This document shows, piece by piece, positions 47,039 through 55,654 of a stretch of DNA of 55,654 nt. The notes under the pieces are model-generated. The model was not told the DNA's origin. It ran no database searches and was given only the letters and a program-made list of their open reading frames with translations. A program made the position numbers and the translations under genes. The first letter of the stretch is position 1, and each line of letters starts with the position of its first letter. The DNA is from Candidatus Omnitrophota bacterium (lineage in GTDB: Bacteria; Omnitrophota; Gorgyraeia; Gygaellales; Profunditerraquicolaceae): positions 1 to 55,654 of the forward strand of contig JAPLLV010000054.1 in assembly GCA_026387405.1 (NCBI GenBank). Reading direction: 5' to 3'.

Positions 47039-47506
47039 TTAATATTTAAGTCCGAGCCCTGTATCCATTTTCCAATTACCATCTTCTTTAATAAATACCG
47101 GAGAGCCCTGGGTATCATCTTCCCCGGAATATTTCAAAGTAACATTCATAAGTACGGCTTCTTTTCCTTCCCAGCCGGCATCGAAAGAAACCTCTACGGG
47201 TGATTTGTCCGTTAGTTTCATGCCATATTGTGCGATCATTTTAATAACATTGCTCGAGGCATATCTTTTATATGACTCGATATCTCTTTTTTGTATCGCC
47301 ATCCTGATCTCTTCGAAAATAGGCATAACTTCACTAAGCGCAGCGGATTCCTTATAATTACTGCTGTTAAATGATTTAGAATTATAGACATGCCCGAAGG
47401 ATTCGAATGTCCCTTCCTCCAGGGCACGCACTTGTTGTAATGATAGTAGATTATAGCTAAAGATTACAAGCAGACATACCCCTAATAAAATAAACGATCT
47501 TCTCAT
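47039..47506 (-). CDS. Hypothetical exported protein
   Basis: Signal peptide; FIKEDGNWKM end typical of NTF2-like small exported domains; SD GGAGG. Confidence 0.7.
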   Translation of the reverse strand: MRRSFILLGVCLLVIFSYNLLSLQQVRALEEGTFESFGHVYNSKSFNSSNYKESAALSEVMPIFEEIRMAIQKRDIESYKRYASSNVIKMIAQYGMKLTDKSPVEVSFDAGWEGKEAVLMNVTLKYSGEDDTQGSPVFIKEDGNWKMDTGLGLKY

Positions 47507-47523
47507 TTCCTTGCCTCCTCTTT

Positions 47524-48024
47524 TTAAAACTTCTCCCAGTGCAGTATTTCTTGTACGCTTCTCTTCTCAGCCGCTTTAAAACTATTCTCCCCTTTAGGAT
47601 AACCCAGAGGAACCAGGCTGATAAGTTTAAAGGCATCGGAAAGGCCGAGTATCTTATTTATCTCACTGCAATACGGCTTTTTATCCCCGGCTACCCAGCA
47701 AGAACCAACACCTAGATCAGCTGCGGCCAGAAGGATATTTTGCGTGGCCGCGCAGCCGTCTTCCAAATAATATTTGGTATCTTGGCAGTAAACCGCGATA
47801 CAGGCCTTGGCCTGGGCAAGGAATCTTCCATTCTCTGCCAATCCCGCTATTCTCTTGAGCGTCTCCGCTTTGGTGATCACAATAAACTCCCAGGGCTGGA
47901 CTGCCCTGGCCGTAGGGGCAAACCTGGCCGCGTCTATTATCTTTTCTAATATCTCTTTGGGTATAGGTTTATCCTTATATTCCCTGATACTCCTCCTGAT
48001 CTTTATCAGCTCTAATGCATCCAT
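47524..48024 (-). CDS. Nitroreductase family protein
   Basis: RRSIREY, ARFAPTARAVQPWEF, NILLAAADLGVGSCWV, LVPLGYP. Confidence 0.93.
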   Translation of the reverse strand: MDALELIKIRRSIREYKDKPIPKEILEKIIDAARFAPTARAVQPWEFIVITKAETLKRIAGLAENGRFLAQAKACIAVYCQDTKYYLEDGCAATQNILLAAADLGVGSCWVAGDKKPYCSEINKILGLSDAFKLISLVPLGYPKGENSFKAAEKRSVQEILHWEKF

Positions 48025-48084
48025 TTCTATTTCCCTCCCTGCGGAAAAATCCGCGATCTTGGGGAACGTCCCCGATCCTTTGTT

Positions 48085-48801
48085 TTATCTATATTTAATT
48101 AAATAATAACATGTTTTTAAAAAAGCTTTCGGGATCTCGATCATAAGGTTTAGTTTTGACTGGCCATAAACCCGGTCAACAAAAGTAACCGGGACTTGTG
48201 CTATTTTCAATCCCTTGTGTTTTGCTTTTATGATCATTTCAAACAGCATAACATTGGTATTCTCGTCAATTTCAAGAACATTCCAGGAATCCTTTTTGAT
48301 TGCCCTGAAATTAGCCGAAAAATCATCTATGTTTAATCCGGATAAAATTTTTAAAGCGTTGTTTCCCAGCTTGCTGATCAAACCCTTGATAGTGGTACGC
48401 AAATCTTTCATCTCATAATAACTGCCGCGTATACTATGCCTGCAGCCAACCACGAGATCATAACCTTCGATAATCTTATCAAACAATTTTTTCATGTCTT
48501 TAACTGAAAAAGATAAATCGGCGTCACTTGAAAGAATAATTCCAGATCGCGCAAAATCATAGCCTTCATGAAGAGCCGATCCAATACCACGTTTGTTCTT
48601 CCTTGTTATGAATCTAATATTCCCGTACGTTTTATTCAATTCTAATGCCAGGCCTGAAGTATTATCAGTGGAATTATCATCGACAATGATAATTTCGTGC
48701 TTAACCTGATGAAAGAATTTTTCTATTCCGGGTATAAGTACCGCCAAATTTTCCCGCTCATTTAAAGTGGGCAGGATAATGGATAGTTCCGGATTTTCCA
48801 T
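48085..48801 (-). CDS. GT2 glycosyltransferase (polyprenol-phosphate sugar synthase-like)
   Basis: SIILPTLNE, IVDDNSTD, SDADLS, FVDRVYGQSK; start set at MENPEL. Confidence 0.9.
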   Translation of the reverse strand: MENPELSIILPTLNERENLAVLIPGIEKFFHQVKHEIIIVDDNSTDNTSGLALELNKTYGNIRFITRKNKRGIGSALHEGYDFARSGIILSSDADLSFSVKDMKKLFDKIIEGYDLVVGCRHSIRGSYYEMKDLRTTIKGLISKLGNNALKILSGLNIDDFSANFRAIKKDSWNVLEIDENTNVMLFEMIIKAKHKGLKIAQVPVTFVDRVYGQSKLNLMIEIPKAFLKTCYYLIKYR

Positions 48802-48806
48802 ATAAA

Positions 48807-49967
48807 TTATTTTGGTCCGCTGAAAAAATAAGAATAACCATATACGTCTGCTACCTGGAAAAAGTAGGCATTGATGATCCCCAGAAAAAGAGAATACGCG
48901 CAGAATGAACAAGCTAAAATCCAGAAGTATTTATTTCTATTCTCCAAAAAACCGGCGGATAGGAGCGCTAAGCCGGGTAAGGCGGGCAAGATATACCTCG
49001 TTATATACCCCAGGCCGCCCGTTGCCCCAATAATTGTAAGCCCCGAGATAAATGATAGCACCCATATTGTTTCGATCAATCTGCCCCGGGTCTTCAATCT
49101 TCGTATCATTTCAATAAACCCGAATAGATATATAGGTGCTATTATGACGGTATTAGTAAAGTAAAAATAAACGGGCCGCCCTATCGCCATTTTTAAGAAC
49201 GGGAACATCCGCATAGATTCCTCATTCTGGCGCGCCCACCAGGGCAGAAACGTATGGAAGGTTTTATAAAATAGAATAAACCATGGCGCGGTTATAAAAA
49301 GCGCGGCAATCCCGAGGATAGAAAAATCCTTAATCTTTTTTTTGGAAAACCCGTCTTTAAACAGGATGTATAAAAGCGCGGGGATGATACATAACGCCGT
49401 GCACTTGGTAAGCATAGCCAAACCAAGACTTACCCCTGATAAAATATACCAGATAATAACTTCTTTCTTTAGCGCTTTTATCGCGAAATAAACGCTTAAA
49501 ACGCAGAATAAACCCAACAAAGTATCCATCCATATCTTTGTAGAGGCATGGAGGGCTACGGGACAGATGGAGAAGAAGAAACTGGACAAAAGTCCAACGC
49601 CTTCTCCGTACAGTTCTTTGCCGATCAAGAAGACTACAAGGCTGGTAAAAACCGCTGCCAGGATAGGGATCAATATCTCCCACCTGGCTCCAAATATATT
49701 TTTAATTAAACCTAAAAGATAGGCGAACAACGGCGGATGATGAAAAAGCGGCTGATCGTAGATTGATCTTGGGAGCTGGTCAACCAGGGGTGTGCCTCGG
49801 ATAGAATAATCGGAAGGATTATTAGCTACCTTGTCTGCCAGGACCTGATAAATTACTTCGTCATTTTCTATGTGCCGGGTAAATAACGCGGGCAGGCGGA
49901 TCAATAAAGAGAACAAAAGTATGGCCGCAAGAATTAAGTTAACCTGTCCTTTTGTCGGTTTTCCCAT
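48807..49967 (-). CDS. ArnT/PMT-family (GT-C) membrane glycosyltransferase
   Basis: ENDE, FHHPPLF, multiple TMs, GLAMLTK, RYILPALP. Confidence 0.85.
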   Translation of the reverse strand: MGKPTKGQVNLILAAILLFSLLIRLPALFTRHIENDEVIYQVLADKVANNPSDYSIRGTPLVDQLPRSIYDQPLFHHPPLFAYLLGLIKNIFGARWEILIPILAAVFTSLVVFLIGKELYGEGVGLLSSFFFSICPVALHASTKIWMDTLLGLFCVLSVYFAIKALKKEVIIWYILSGVSLGLAMLTKCTALCIIPALLYILFKDGFSKKKIKDFSILGIAALFITAPWFILFYKTFHTFLPWWARQNEESMRMFPFLKMAIGRPVYFYFTNTVIIAPIYLFGFIEMIRRLKTRGRLIETIWVLSFISGLTIIGATGGLGYITRYILPALPGLALLSAGFLENRNKYFWILACSFCAYSLFLGIINAYFFQVADVYGYSYFFSGPK

Positions 49968-49979
49968 TTGTTCCCTGTA

Positions 49980-51008
49980 TTACAATAATAAAAAGCAGGC
50001 GAACATAATAATCAACCCTAAGGGGATGCCGTATTTTGCCCACTCGGAACTTTTTATTTTAAGTTTCCCCGCCGCGATTATATTGGGTATATTACCCGGT
50101 ATAAGCATCCCGCCGGATATTAAAAGCCCAAGAAGCGCGGCTTTGATCTGATGAGGCTGCAGGGTTGGTCCTATTTCGGCAGCGGTAAGGGTAGCATTAT
50201 CAACAATAGCTGAGATCATATTCATCCAGTAAAGCCCCTGATAGGAAATCCGGGAAATATATTCTTCGATGATGGGCTTAAACCCCCTGCCCAGGAATAT
50301 AAGCGCCATGACGAATAAATAAATCTTAGCCGTGCGCATTAATATATCCTTTATGCTTTCCCTCTCTTCCTTAAGACACGCGATATCTGCATGCCTGCCC
50401 GGAGATACTAAAAATATTCCCAGCAGGCCAAAAACAATAATACCCGATGCTATGTAATACCCGTATTCTTTCAAGATAAAGAAGAACCCGGCTTGATAAG
50501 GCTCGCCCCTGAGCTTGGCAATAAAAATAGTCGAAAGAGGCTCTCCTATGGGGGTGAGCGCCGCTCCCAGCCCGATGGAAAAACAGGCCAGCACCACAAT
50601 TCTTATCTTTGCGCTTCTTTTTAGTTTTAGGCAATGGACTATTTCCACCAAGACCAATGAAGCTATGATAGCGGTTATGACGCTGGAAAGAAAACCCAGC
50701 ACTACGATAACGAGGGCAATAAAAAATCTCAATCCCAGCTTTCCTACCATATTATCAATATGTTCCGCGAGAGGTTTTTGAAGGATGCGGAACAATAAGC
50801 CCGCGCAAAAAACCGCCAGGGTTATTTTTATAGGCTCGCTAAAAGCCTCTTTGATAAGGTGCGCATTCCACTGCGTTGTTATGGTCACTGCTAGGCAGCC
50901 CATAAAGAAGAGGAAAAGCTCAAGCTCTTCCTCTATCTTTTTTACCAAAAAAGGCAATAATAATACCATTGCCAGAATTATAAATAAACCTGTGTTATGT
51001 AAAGGCAT
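49980..51008 (-). CDS. DUF1646 family membrane protein
   Basis: GLGAALTPIGEPLSTI, SAIVDNATLTAAEI, GGMLIPGNIPNII. Confidence 0.85.
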   Translation of the reverse strand: MPLHNTGLFIILAMVLLLPFLVKKIEEELELFLFFMGCLAVTITTQWNAHLIKEAFSEPIKITLAVFCAGLLFRILQKPLAEHIDNMVGKLGLRFFIALVIVVLGFLSSVITAIIASLVLVEIVHCLKLKRSAKIRIVVLACFSIGLGAALTPIGEPLSTIFIAKLRGEPYQAGFFFILKEYGYYIASGIIVFGLLGIFLVSPGRHADIACLKEERESIKDILMRTAKIYLFVMALIFLGRGFKPIIEEYISRISYQGLYWMNMISAIVDNATLTAAEIGPTLQPHQIKAALLGLLISGGMLIPGNIPNIIAAGKLKIKSSEWAKYGIPLGLIIMFACFLLL

Positions 51009-51009
51009 A

Positions 51010-51567
51010 TTATTTCCTATCTTCTTTCACGGCGTCTTCTATGCGTTTTCCGCCAACATACAATGCTTCAATCACCACTAAACCATTTTTCACCCGTATA
51101 ACTACATAAGCATCTTCATTACCCCGCCTGCTATGTTCTCTATAAAGCCTCTCCGCTTTAGGCGCAGACTTTTCTTCCATATAATATCGGTCGATAGGTA
51201 AATCCAGCACCACCCTTTCGCCGGCACTATAGCGCACTTTTGCTAGAATATATGCCGAACCTGCCGGCCTGCTGGTAGTTAATGAGGTAATCTTGGCGAA
51301 TCCCTGCTCATCATTATTTATAAGCGCGTACACACTCTGTCCGCTGTTTAATTTCACCCCTTGAGGGGCTGGGGCATTATTACCCTGGATCCGCAAAGCC
51401 ACGTATCTTCCCCTGAAAGCATCGTAGGGGTCAACCGGTTCCGTTTTAAATTTAAATTGCGCGCCTGACTTGAGAATAGATTCGCGGTTTGTTAACATTG
51501 ATAAGGGAGTGATAATTTGCGCGCAGGCAAGGCAAAAGAATAATCCTATGATCAGGTTATTTCTCAT
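51010..51567 (-). CDS. GDYXXLXY-domain membrane-anchored protein
   Basis: PVDPYDAFRGRYVAL, RYYMEE..A..AE; usual partner of DUF2157. Confidence 0.85.
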   Translation of the reverse strand: MRNNLIIGLFFCLACAQIITPLSMLTNRESILKSGAQFKFKTEPVDPYDAFRGRYVALRIQGNNAPAPQGVKLNSGQSVYALINNDEQGFAKITSLTTSRPAGSAYILAKVRYSAGERVVLDLPIDRYYMEEKSAPKAERLYREHSRRGNEDAYVVIRVKNGLVVIEALYVGGKRIEDAVKEDRK

Positions 51568-52882
51568 TTAGCACCTCCTTCCGGCGCATGAGGAATAGGT
51601 TTGTAGCCAGGAAACCGATACCAACGGCTATAAAAACTAACCCCTTTATGATAAAACTGATATCGCTGTCAAAAAACCTCGCGACAATAAGTATTGCTAA
51701 AAGCAACATGCCGGTATTAACGACTGCTAAATTATTACTGCGGATACCTTGCATGATACGGCTGATGCTCAGGACAAACACGTAAATATTGAAAATCAGT
51801 AATGGGATGATAACCGACTCTTTTCGCAAAAGATAGGCCAAGATGGACAATAGTGGCACTACCAGGAATAGGGAAAGGATTAAGTTCTTACGCTTGACAG
51901 TATCGTAGAAGAATAATATTGCTATAGCAATTAGGATTAAGGTAATGATATGGTCTGGTAAAGCACGCATATCATTAATTTGAATTGTTGTAAAACCGTA
52001 ACTCTCATGTTCAGCTATGAGATATTGCCAGATATAACGGAAGGTATACTGCAATGCGAGCACAAAAAGGCCTATACCGCTTATGACGCGCAAAGGACGC
52101 TGCCAGTTTGAAGTAAGGCCGATAAATTTCCGCGAACCCAGATAATAAAATATAGCGAAAATAGTTGGGAAAAGTATAACCCAAGCGCCGGGCCAGGTCT
52201 TGCCCAGACTAAAACCTGTAGCGCAAGAAACGCATATGGCCATGATCAAAGAAAGTATGGTGGCGCGTATCGCGTAAATCTCCCGGCGTAAAGCCCAGAT
52301 AAAATGAGGCGCGATCATAAATGCCAATGGCCAGAACAAAATCGTCTTGAGCGGATTATCCCAACTACTCCCTGCCCATGACGTAATCCCGATCAAATAG
52401 ATCGCTGCGGGTAAAGATGCCTGCATAAGATATACCAGCGGCAAGATAAGAAGCATCCAGGTTAAAATGAAGGTCCCCATTTCTCCGGGGATATTGTATG
52501 TCTGGCTGATTAAAGCTATCGAAGCCCCAACCATAAGGCTTAGAAAAGTCGCAGTGCCTTCTTTAAATGCCGTGGACTGCGGCCGCTTCAATAAAACCCA
52601 CAAAGCCAAAGCCTGCCCTATGATTAAGGGAGCAAATGAAAGGATAGCCCTGGTAAGGCGGGAAAATTGTTCCCAGTTATAAGCGAGAAGCAGGATAATC
52701 CCTAATCCTATTAAAAGCGCTCCCGCGGTCCCGCAAATTATTAACGTGATCGATCTCTTGCCGGTAGTCTTTATCTCTCCGTAGTATTCTCGTATCTTTC
52801 CGGCTGCTTCTTGAGTTAAGATGCCTTTGGCTACCAGTTCCGGAATCTCCTGATAGAGCCACTTTATAGCCTTCTGATTCAT
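51557..52882 (-). CDS. DUF2157 family membrane protein
   Basis: GALLIGLGIILLLAYNW, GASIALISQTYNI. Confidence 0.88.
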   Translation of the reverse strand: MNQKAIKWLYQEIPELVAKGILTQEAAGKIREYYGEIKTTGKRSITLIICGTAGALLIGLGIILLLAYNWEQFSRLTRAILSFAPLIIGQALALWVLLKRPQSTAFKEGTATFLSLMVGASIALISQTYNIPGEMGTFILTWMLLILPLVYLMQASLPAAIYLIGITSWAGSSWDNPLKTILFWPLAFMIAPHFIWALRREIYAIRATILSLIMAICVSCATGFSLGKTWPGAWVILFPTIFAIFYYLGSRKFIGLTSNWQRPLRVISGIGLFVLALQYTFRYIWQYLIAEHESYGFTTIQINDMRALPDHIITLILIAIAILFFYDTVKRKNLILSLFLVVPLLSILAYLLRKESVIIPLLIFNIYVFVLSISRIMQGIRSNNLAVVNTGMLLLAILIVARFFDSDISFIIKGLVFIAVGIGFLATNLFLMRRKEVLNEK

Positions 52883-52883
52883 C

Positions 52884-54938
52884 TTAAACTCCTCCTTTCA
52901 AAATTTCTTCTGCCACGTTCAAGACATCTTGCGTGCTTATCGCCTGCATGCACTTGAACTCCCGGACGCAGTTGTGCGCCAGGCATTCAATGCAGCCGAC
53001 GGGCTTATGCAAAAAACGGTCCCTCTTGCCTACCGGACCCCAGCGTTTCGGGCTCAAACCTTTCTGGTCCCTGCCGAATATGGAGATCACCGGCACCCCT
53101 ACTGCCGAGCCGATATGCACCGGCCCGGAATCATTGGAGATGAATAGGCTGCAGCGCGATAACAAGGCCGCCAATTGCGAGAGCGAAAGCCTGCCTGCCA
53201 GATCAATGGCCTTTTCCCGCATATTGGTAATAAGGTCCTGCGCCAAGGGCCTCTCTTTAGGCCCGGCAACTACCAAAACCTTAAAACCGTATCCTTGCGC
53301 CAATCTGTCCGCTACCTCGGCAAATCTTTGCGCCGGCCATATCTTGGAAGGGCAGCTCGCCCCGGGATTGATCGCCAACAGCGCGTCTTTTTCTTTTATA
53401 CCTTCCCGCCTTAACAGTTCGTCTACGGCCTGTATTGCCTCCGATTTTATCGGCACAAAGATATTTTTGTCCGCCGGCGTAATGCCCAAAACTTTGAGCA
53501 GGTCAAAATTATATTCTAATTCGTGCTTTTGGCCGCTTTGTTTAGTATGAGGGATTCTGTCGGTAAGCAAAAAACCGAGCTTGCGGTCATATCCGATCCT
53601 TCTTTTTATCCCTGCCAAAAAAGTCACCAGGTGCACGCGGTTGGTCGGGTGCAGTATAAGCGCCAGGTCAAACCTTTTTTTCTTAAGGTTCCTGGCGAAC
53701 TCTAGAGTCCTGCGCCAGCTCTTATGTTTTGTGTCTTTATCATAGATGATCACTTCATCTAAGTAAGGATTACCTTCAACGATCTCTTTAGTATAAGGGC
53801 TGACCATCATGGCAATGTAGGCGCTGGGATATCTCTCCCGCACTGCCTTTATAACCGGGGTGGATAAAACCACATCCCCTATCCTGTCGGTGCGCACGAT
53901 AAGGATACGCTTTAAATCGGGGACAGTCCCCTTCAAGACCACTGACGGATATAGCTCTGCGGGGACAGTCCCCTTGAGAATATTCCTCACCTGTTTAAGC
54001 ACGTCCTCCACCTGCACCATCTGTATGCATTCCATGCTGTTTAAACGGCACTGCGCTTTTCCGCAGGGCCGGCAGGCAATATCTTTTTTTACAAAGACTG
54101 ACCTGCTTGACCAGGGGCCGTATTTTGCTTCATCGGTGGGCCCGAAGATAGCCACGATCGCGCGGTCCAGGTAACTCGCCAGGTGTAAGATCGCGCTGTC
54201 ATTGGTAACCACAAGGTCCGCCTTCTTTAATAAATACGCGAGTTCGATCAGGCTGGTAGTGCCGGTGAGATCCAGAAGCGGATACCGGCAATGTTCAATA
54301 ATATATTTGGCAATCGCGGAATCATCCTTGTCTCCGATCAAGACTATCTTGGCCTTGAATTCTTCAACCAAAGCCTCGATCAGGCGCGCGAACTTATCCT
54401 GGTTCCATCTTTTGATGTGGCTGCGCGCTCCGGGGGCGATCAAGATGACTTTATCCTTATCGCTTACACCATGATCTTTAAGCTTCTTGTTTATATATTC
54501 CTCTTCCTCGGTCTTCATAGTAATGATCGAAGTGAGGATATTTAAGTTCTGGCTTTTGACTTTTAAATTTTGAATTTTATAAAGATGCCTGTCCTTCATG
54601 TGTTTTATGGACGAGGGGACAAAAGGAAGGAAAGAAACCCGCGCCCTTGCCGGCAGCAGCGCCCCGAAAAAACTATTACGCAAGTCTACCACCAGGTCAA
54701 ACTTCTCTTGGCTTAAGCGCCGGAACAATCTTATCTTCTCTCTTAAGGGTGAGCGCTTATCAAAGATGATCAGACTGTGGATATTCAGGTTATTCTCAAA
54801 TAATTCTTTGGGCCTGGAGCCGCAGATAACGGTGATCTGCGCCGAAGGAAAACTCTGCCTTAAAGTATCTAAGGCCGGCAGGGTCAGGATCACGTCTCCG
54901 ATATTGCTTAAGGTAATAAAAAGAATTTTTTTTATCAT
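52884..54938 (-). CDS. Tandem double-domain GT9 glycosyltransferase (heptosyltransferase II-like)
   Basis: Two GT9 units, each with IGDVxL, NDSxxxH and IFGP/IFGR motifs. Confidence 0.92.
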   Translation of the reverse strand: MIKKILFITLSNIGDVILTLPALDTLRQSFPSAQITVICGSRPKELFENNLNIHSLIIFDKRSPLREKIRLFRRLSQEKFDLVVDLRNSFFGALLPARARVSFLPFVPSSIKHMKDRHLYKIQNLKVKSQNLNILTSIITMKTEEEEYINKKLKDHGVSDKDKVILIAPGARSHIKRWNQDKFARLIEALVEEFKAKIVLIGDKDDSAIAKYIIEHCRYPLLDLTGTTSLIELAYLLKKADLVVTNDSAILHLASYLDRAIVAIFGPTDEAKYGPWSSRSVFVKKDIACRPCGKAQCRLNSMECIQMVQVEDVLKQVRNILKGTVPAELYPSVVLKGTVPDLKRILIVRTDRIGDVVLSTPVIKAVRERYPSAYIAMMVSPYTKEIVEGNPYLDEVIIYDKDTKHKSWRRTLEFARNLKKKRFDLALILHPTNRVHLVTFLAGIKRRIGYDRKLGFLLTDRIPHTKQSGQKHELEYNFDLLKVLGITPADKNIFVPIKSEAIQAVDELLRREGIKEKDALLAINPGASCPSKIWPAQRFAEVADRLAQGYGFKVLVVAGPKERPLAQDLITNMREKAIDLAGRLSLSQLAALLSRCSLFISNDSGPVHIGSAVGVPVISIFGRDQKGLSPKRWGPVGKRDRFLHKPVGCIECLAHNCVREFKCMQAISTQDVLNVAEEILKGGV
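53919..53973. repeat. About 55-bp GGGGACAGTCCCC-bounded element, copy 2, in-frame in the GT9 linker
   Basis: Encodes GTVPAELYPSVVLKGTVP; matches 37782-37835. Confidence 0.9.
54554..54581. repeat. Degenerate heptamer tandem TTTT(G/A)AN x4 in GT9
   Basis: Encodes YKIQNLKVKS. Confidence 0.7.
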
Positions 54939-54942
54939 AATC

Positions 54943-55049
54943 TTAAAGTTAATCCAGGTTAATCTATGTTAAACAATGTTAACCAAAGTTGCTTTTAAAA
55001 CGCAACCTCGGTTAACCTGGGCTAACGTTGATTAACTTTGATTAACCTT
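54943..55049. repeat. Inverted decamer arrays (..GTTAA.. period 10)
   Basis: Five units, a short loop and five inverted units; includes the upstream gene's stop. Confidence 0.85.
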
Positions 55050-55654
55050 ACTTTCTCCATTACATCTTCCGGCGTGATCATCTTCATACAGCGGTTATCC
55101 TTGCAATCCACAACATAGCAGGGAATTTTGCAACCCGGGTCTTTCTGCAAGATAATCGTATTTTTTACCGGCACAGGACCGGTGATATCGGGCGAGGTAG
55201 GGCCAAAAAGGGCAATGATCTGCTTTGCCCCGGTAGCATTGGCAATATGCAGCGGCCCGGTGTCCGCGCTAATGAATAAATCCAGCCTTTTGCATAGCGC
55301 GCCAAACTGCTTTAAATTAAGCGCCCCGCAGGCAATGATCGGTTTTTCTTTCATCAGGCCAAGGATATCTTTAGCTAACGGCTTATCCTGCTGGCCGCCA
55401 GTAATAATCACCCTGGCCCCCAGGTCCCGGATCAGGTAATCTGCCAAGGCCGCCCAGTTTTCCTTTGGCCAGCGTTTCGGCCGCCAATTCCCGCCGGCAT
55501 TTATACCCACTAAGAAATCCTTTTCTCTGATCCCCTGTTCCTTAAGAAATTTATCCGTAAATTCCGAGTCTTCCTCGCTGATATGGATATCGCAGAACCT
55601 GTCCTCTACCCTGAGTCCTGCCTTCTCAATGATGTTCAAATAATAATCAATACG
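55022..55654 (-). CDS. GT9 heptosyltransferase-family protein, 3' part (runs off window edge)
   Basis: GINAGGNWRPKRWP, ISADTGPLHIA, LFGPT; frame open to the edge. Confidence 0.92.
   Translation of the reverse strand, partial: RIDYYLNIIEKAGLRVEDRFCDIHISEEDSEFTDKFLKEQGIREKDFLVGINAGGNWRPKRWPKENWAALADYLIRDLGARVIITGGQQDKPLAKDILGLMKEKPIIACGALNLKQFGALCKRLDLFISADTGPLHIANATGAKQIIALFGPTSPDITGPVPVKNTIILQKDPGCKIPCYVVDCKDNRCMKMITPEDVMEKVRLIKVNQR

Larger units (their letters stand above)
38071..48075 (-). mobile_element. AT-rich accessory island: co-oriented short genes separated by recurring palindromic modules
   Basis: See findings; motif families enumerated from the sequence; no integrase or transposase ORF. 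Confidence 0.7.

Noticed and set aside
38071-48075. Canonical integron or CALIN
   Set aside because: GTTRRRY-like cores exist, but I found no complementary RYYYAAC near stop codons and no intI. Not excluded without a covariance-model search.

Overview
A 55.7 kb bacterial chromosomal window in which every credible gene lies on the minus strand. Gene content and order suggest Candidatus Omnitrophota or a similar PVC-type lineage (inference, not tested). Positions 1-37.7 kb are core genes: queuosine (tgt, queA, queH), ruvB, scpA, trpS, infB-nusA-rimP, proS, ispG-rseP-dxr-cdsA-uppS, a GH57/DUF4912 pair, purA, serA, clpP, tig, lptB/lptC and the KDO/heptose genes. Positions 48.1-55.7 kb are glycosyltransferase, membrane and GT9 heptosyltransferase-family genes. 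Between them is a roughly 10 kb AT-rich island (about 38.07-48.08 kb) of about 14 short co-oriented genes, mostly for envelope proteins. The island is punctuated by a small set of recurring palindromic modules, and several single genes are enclosed by inverted ACGTCCCC/GGGGACGT motifs. No integrase or intact transposase is present and I found no canonical attC site, so it reads as a candidate non-integron gene-cassette array. Many of the longer spacers in the core region are filled by small palindromic elements or 7-mer/10-mer tandem arrays. Several of these sit in-frame inside conserved enzymes or take the place of the Shine-Dalgarno region. I recognised no tRNA, rRNA or CRISPR array.
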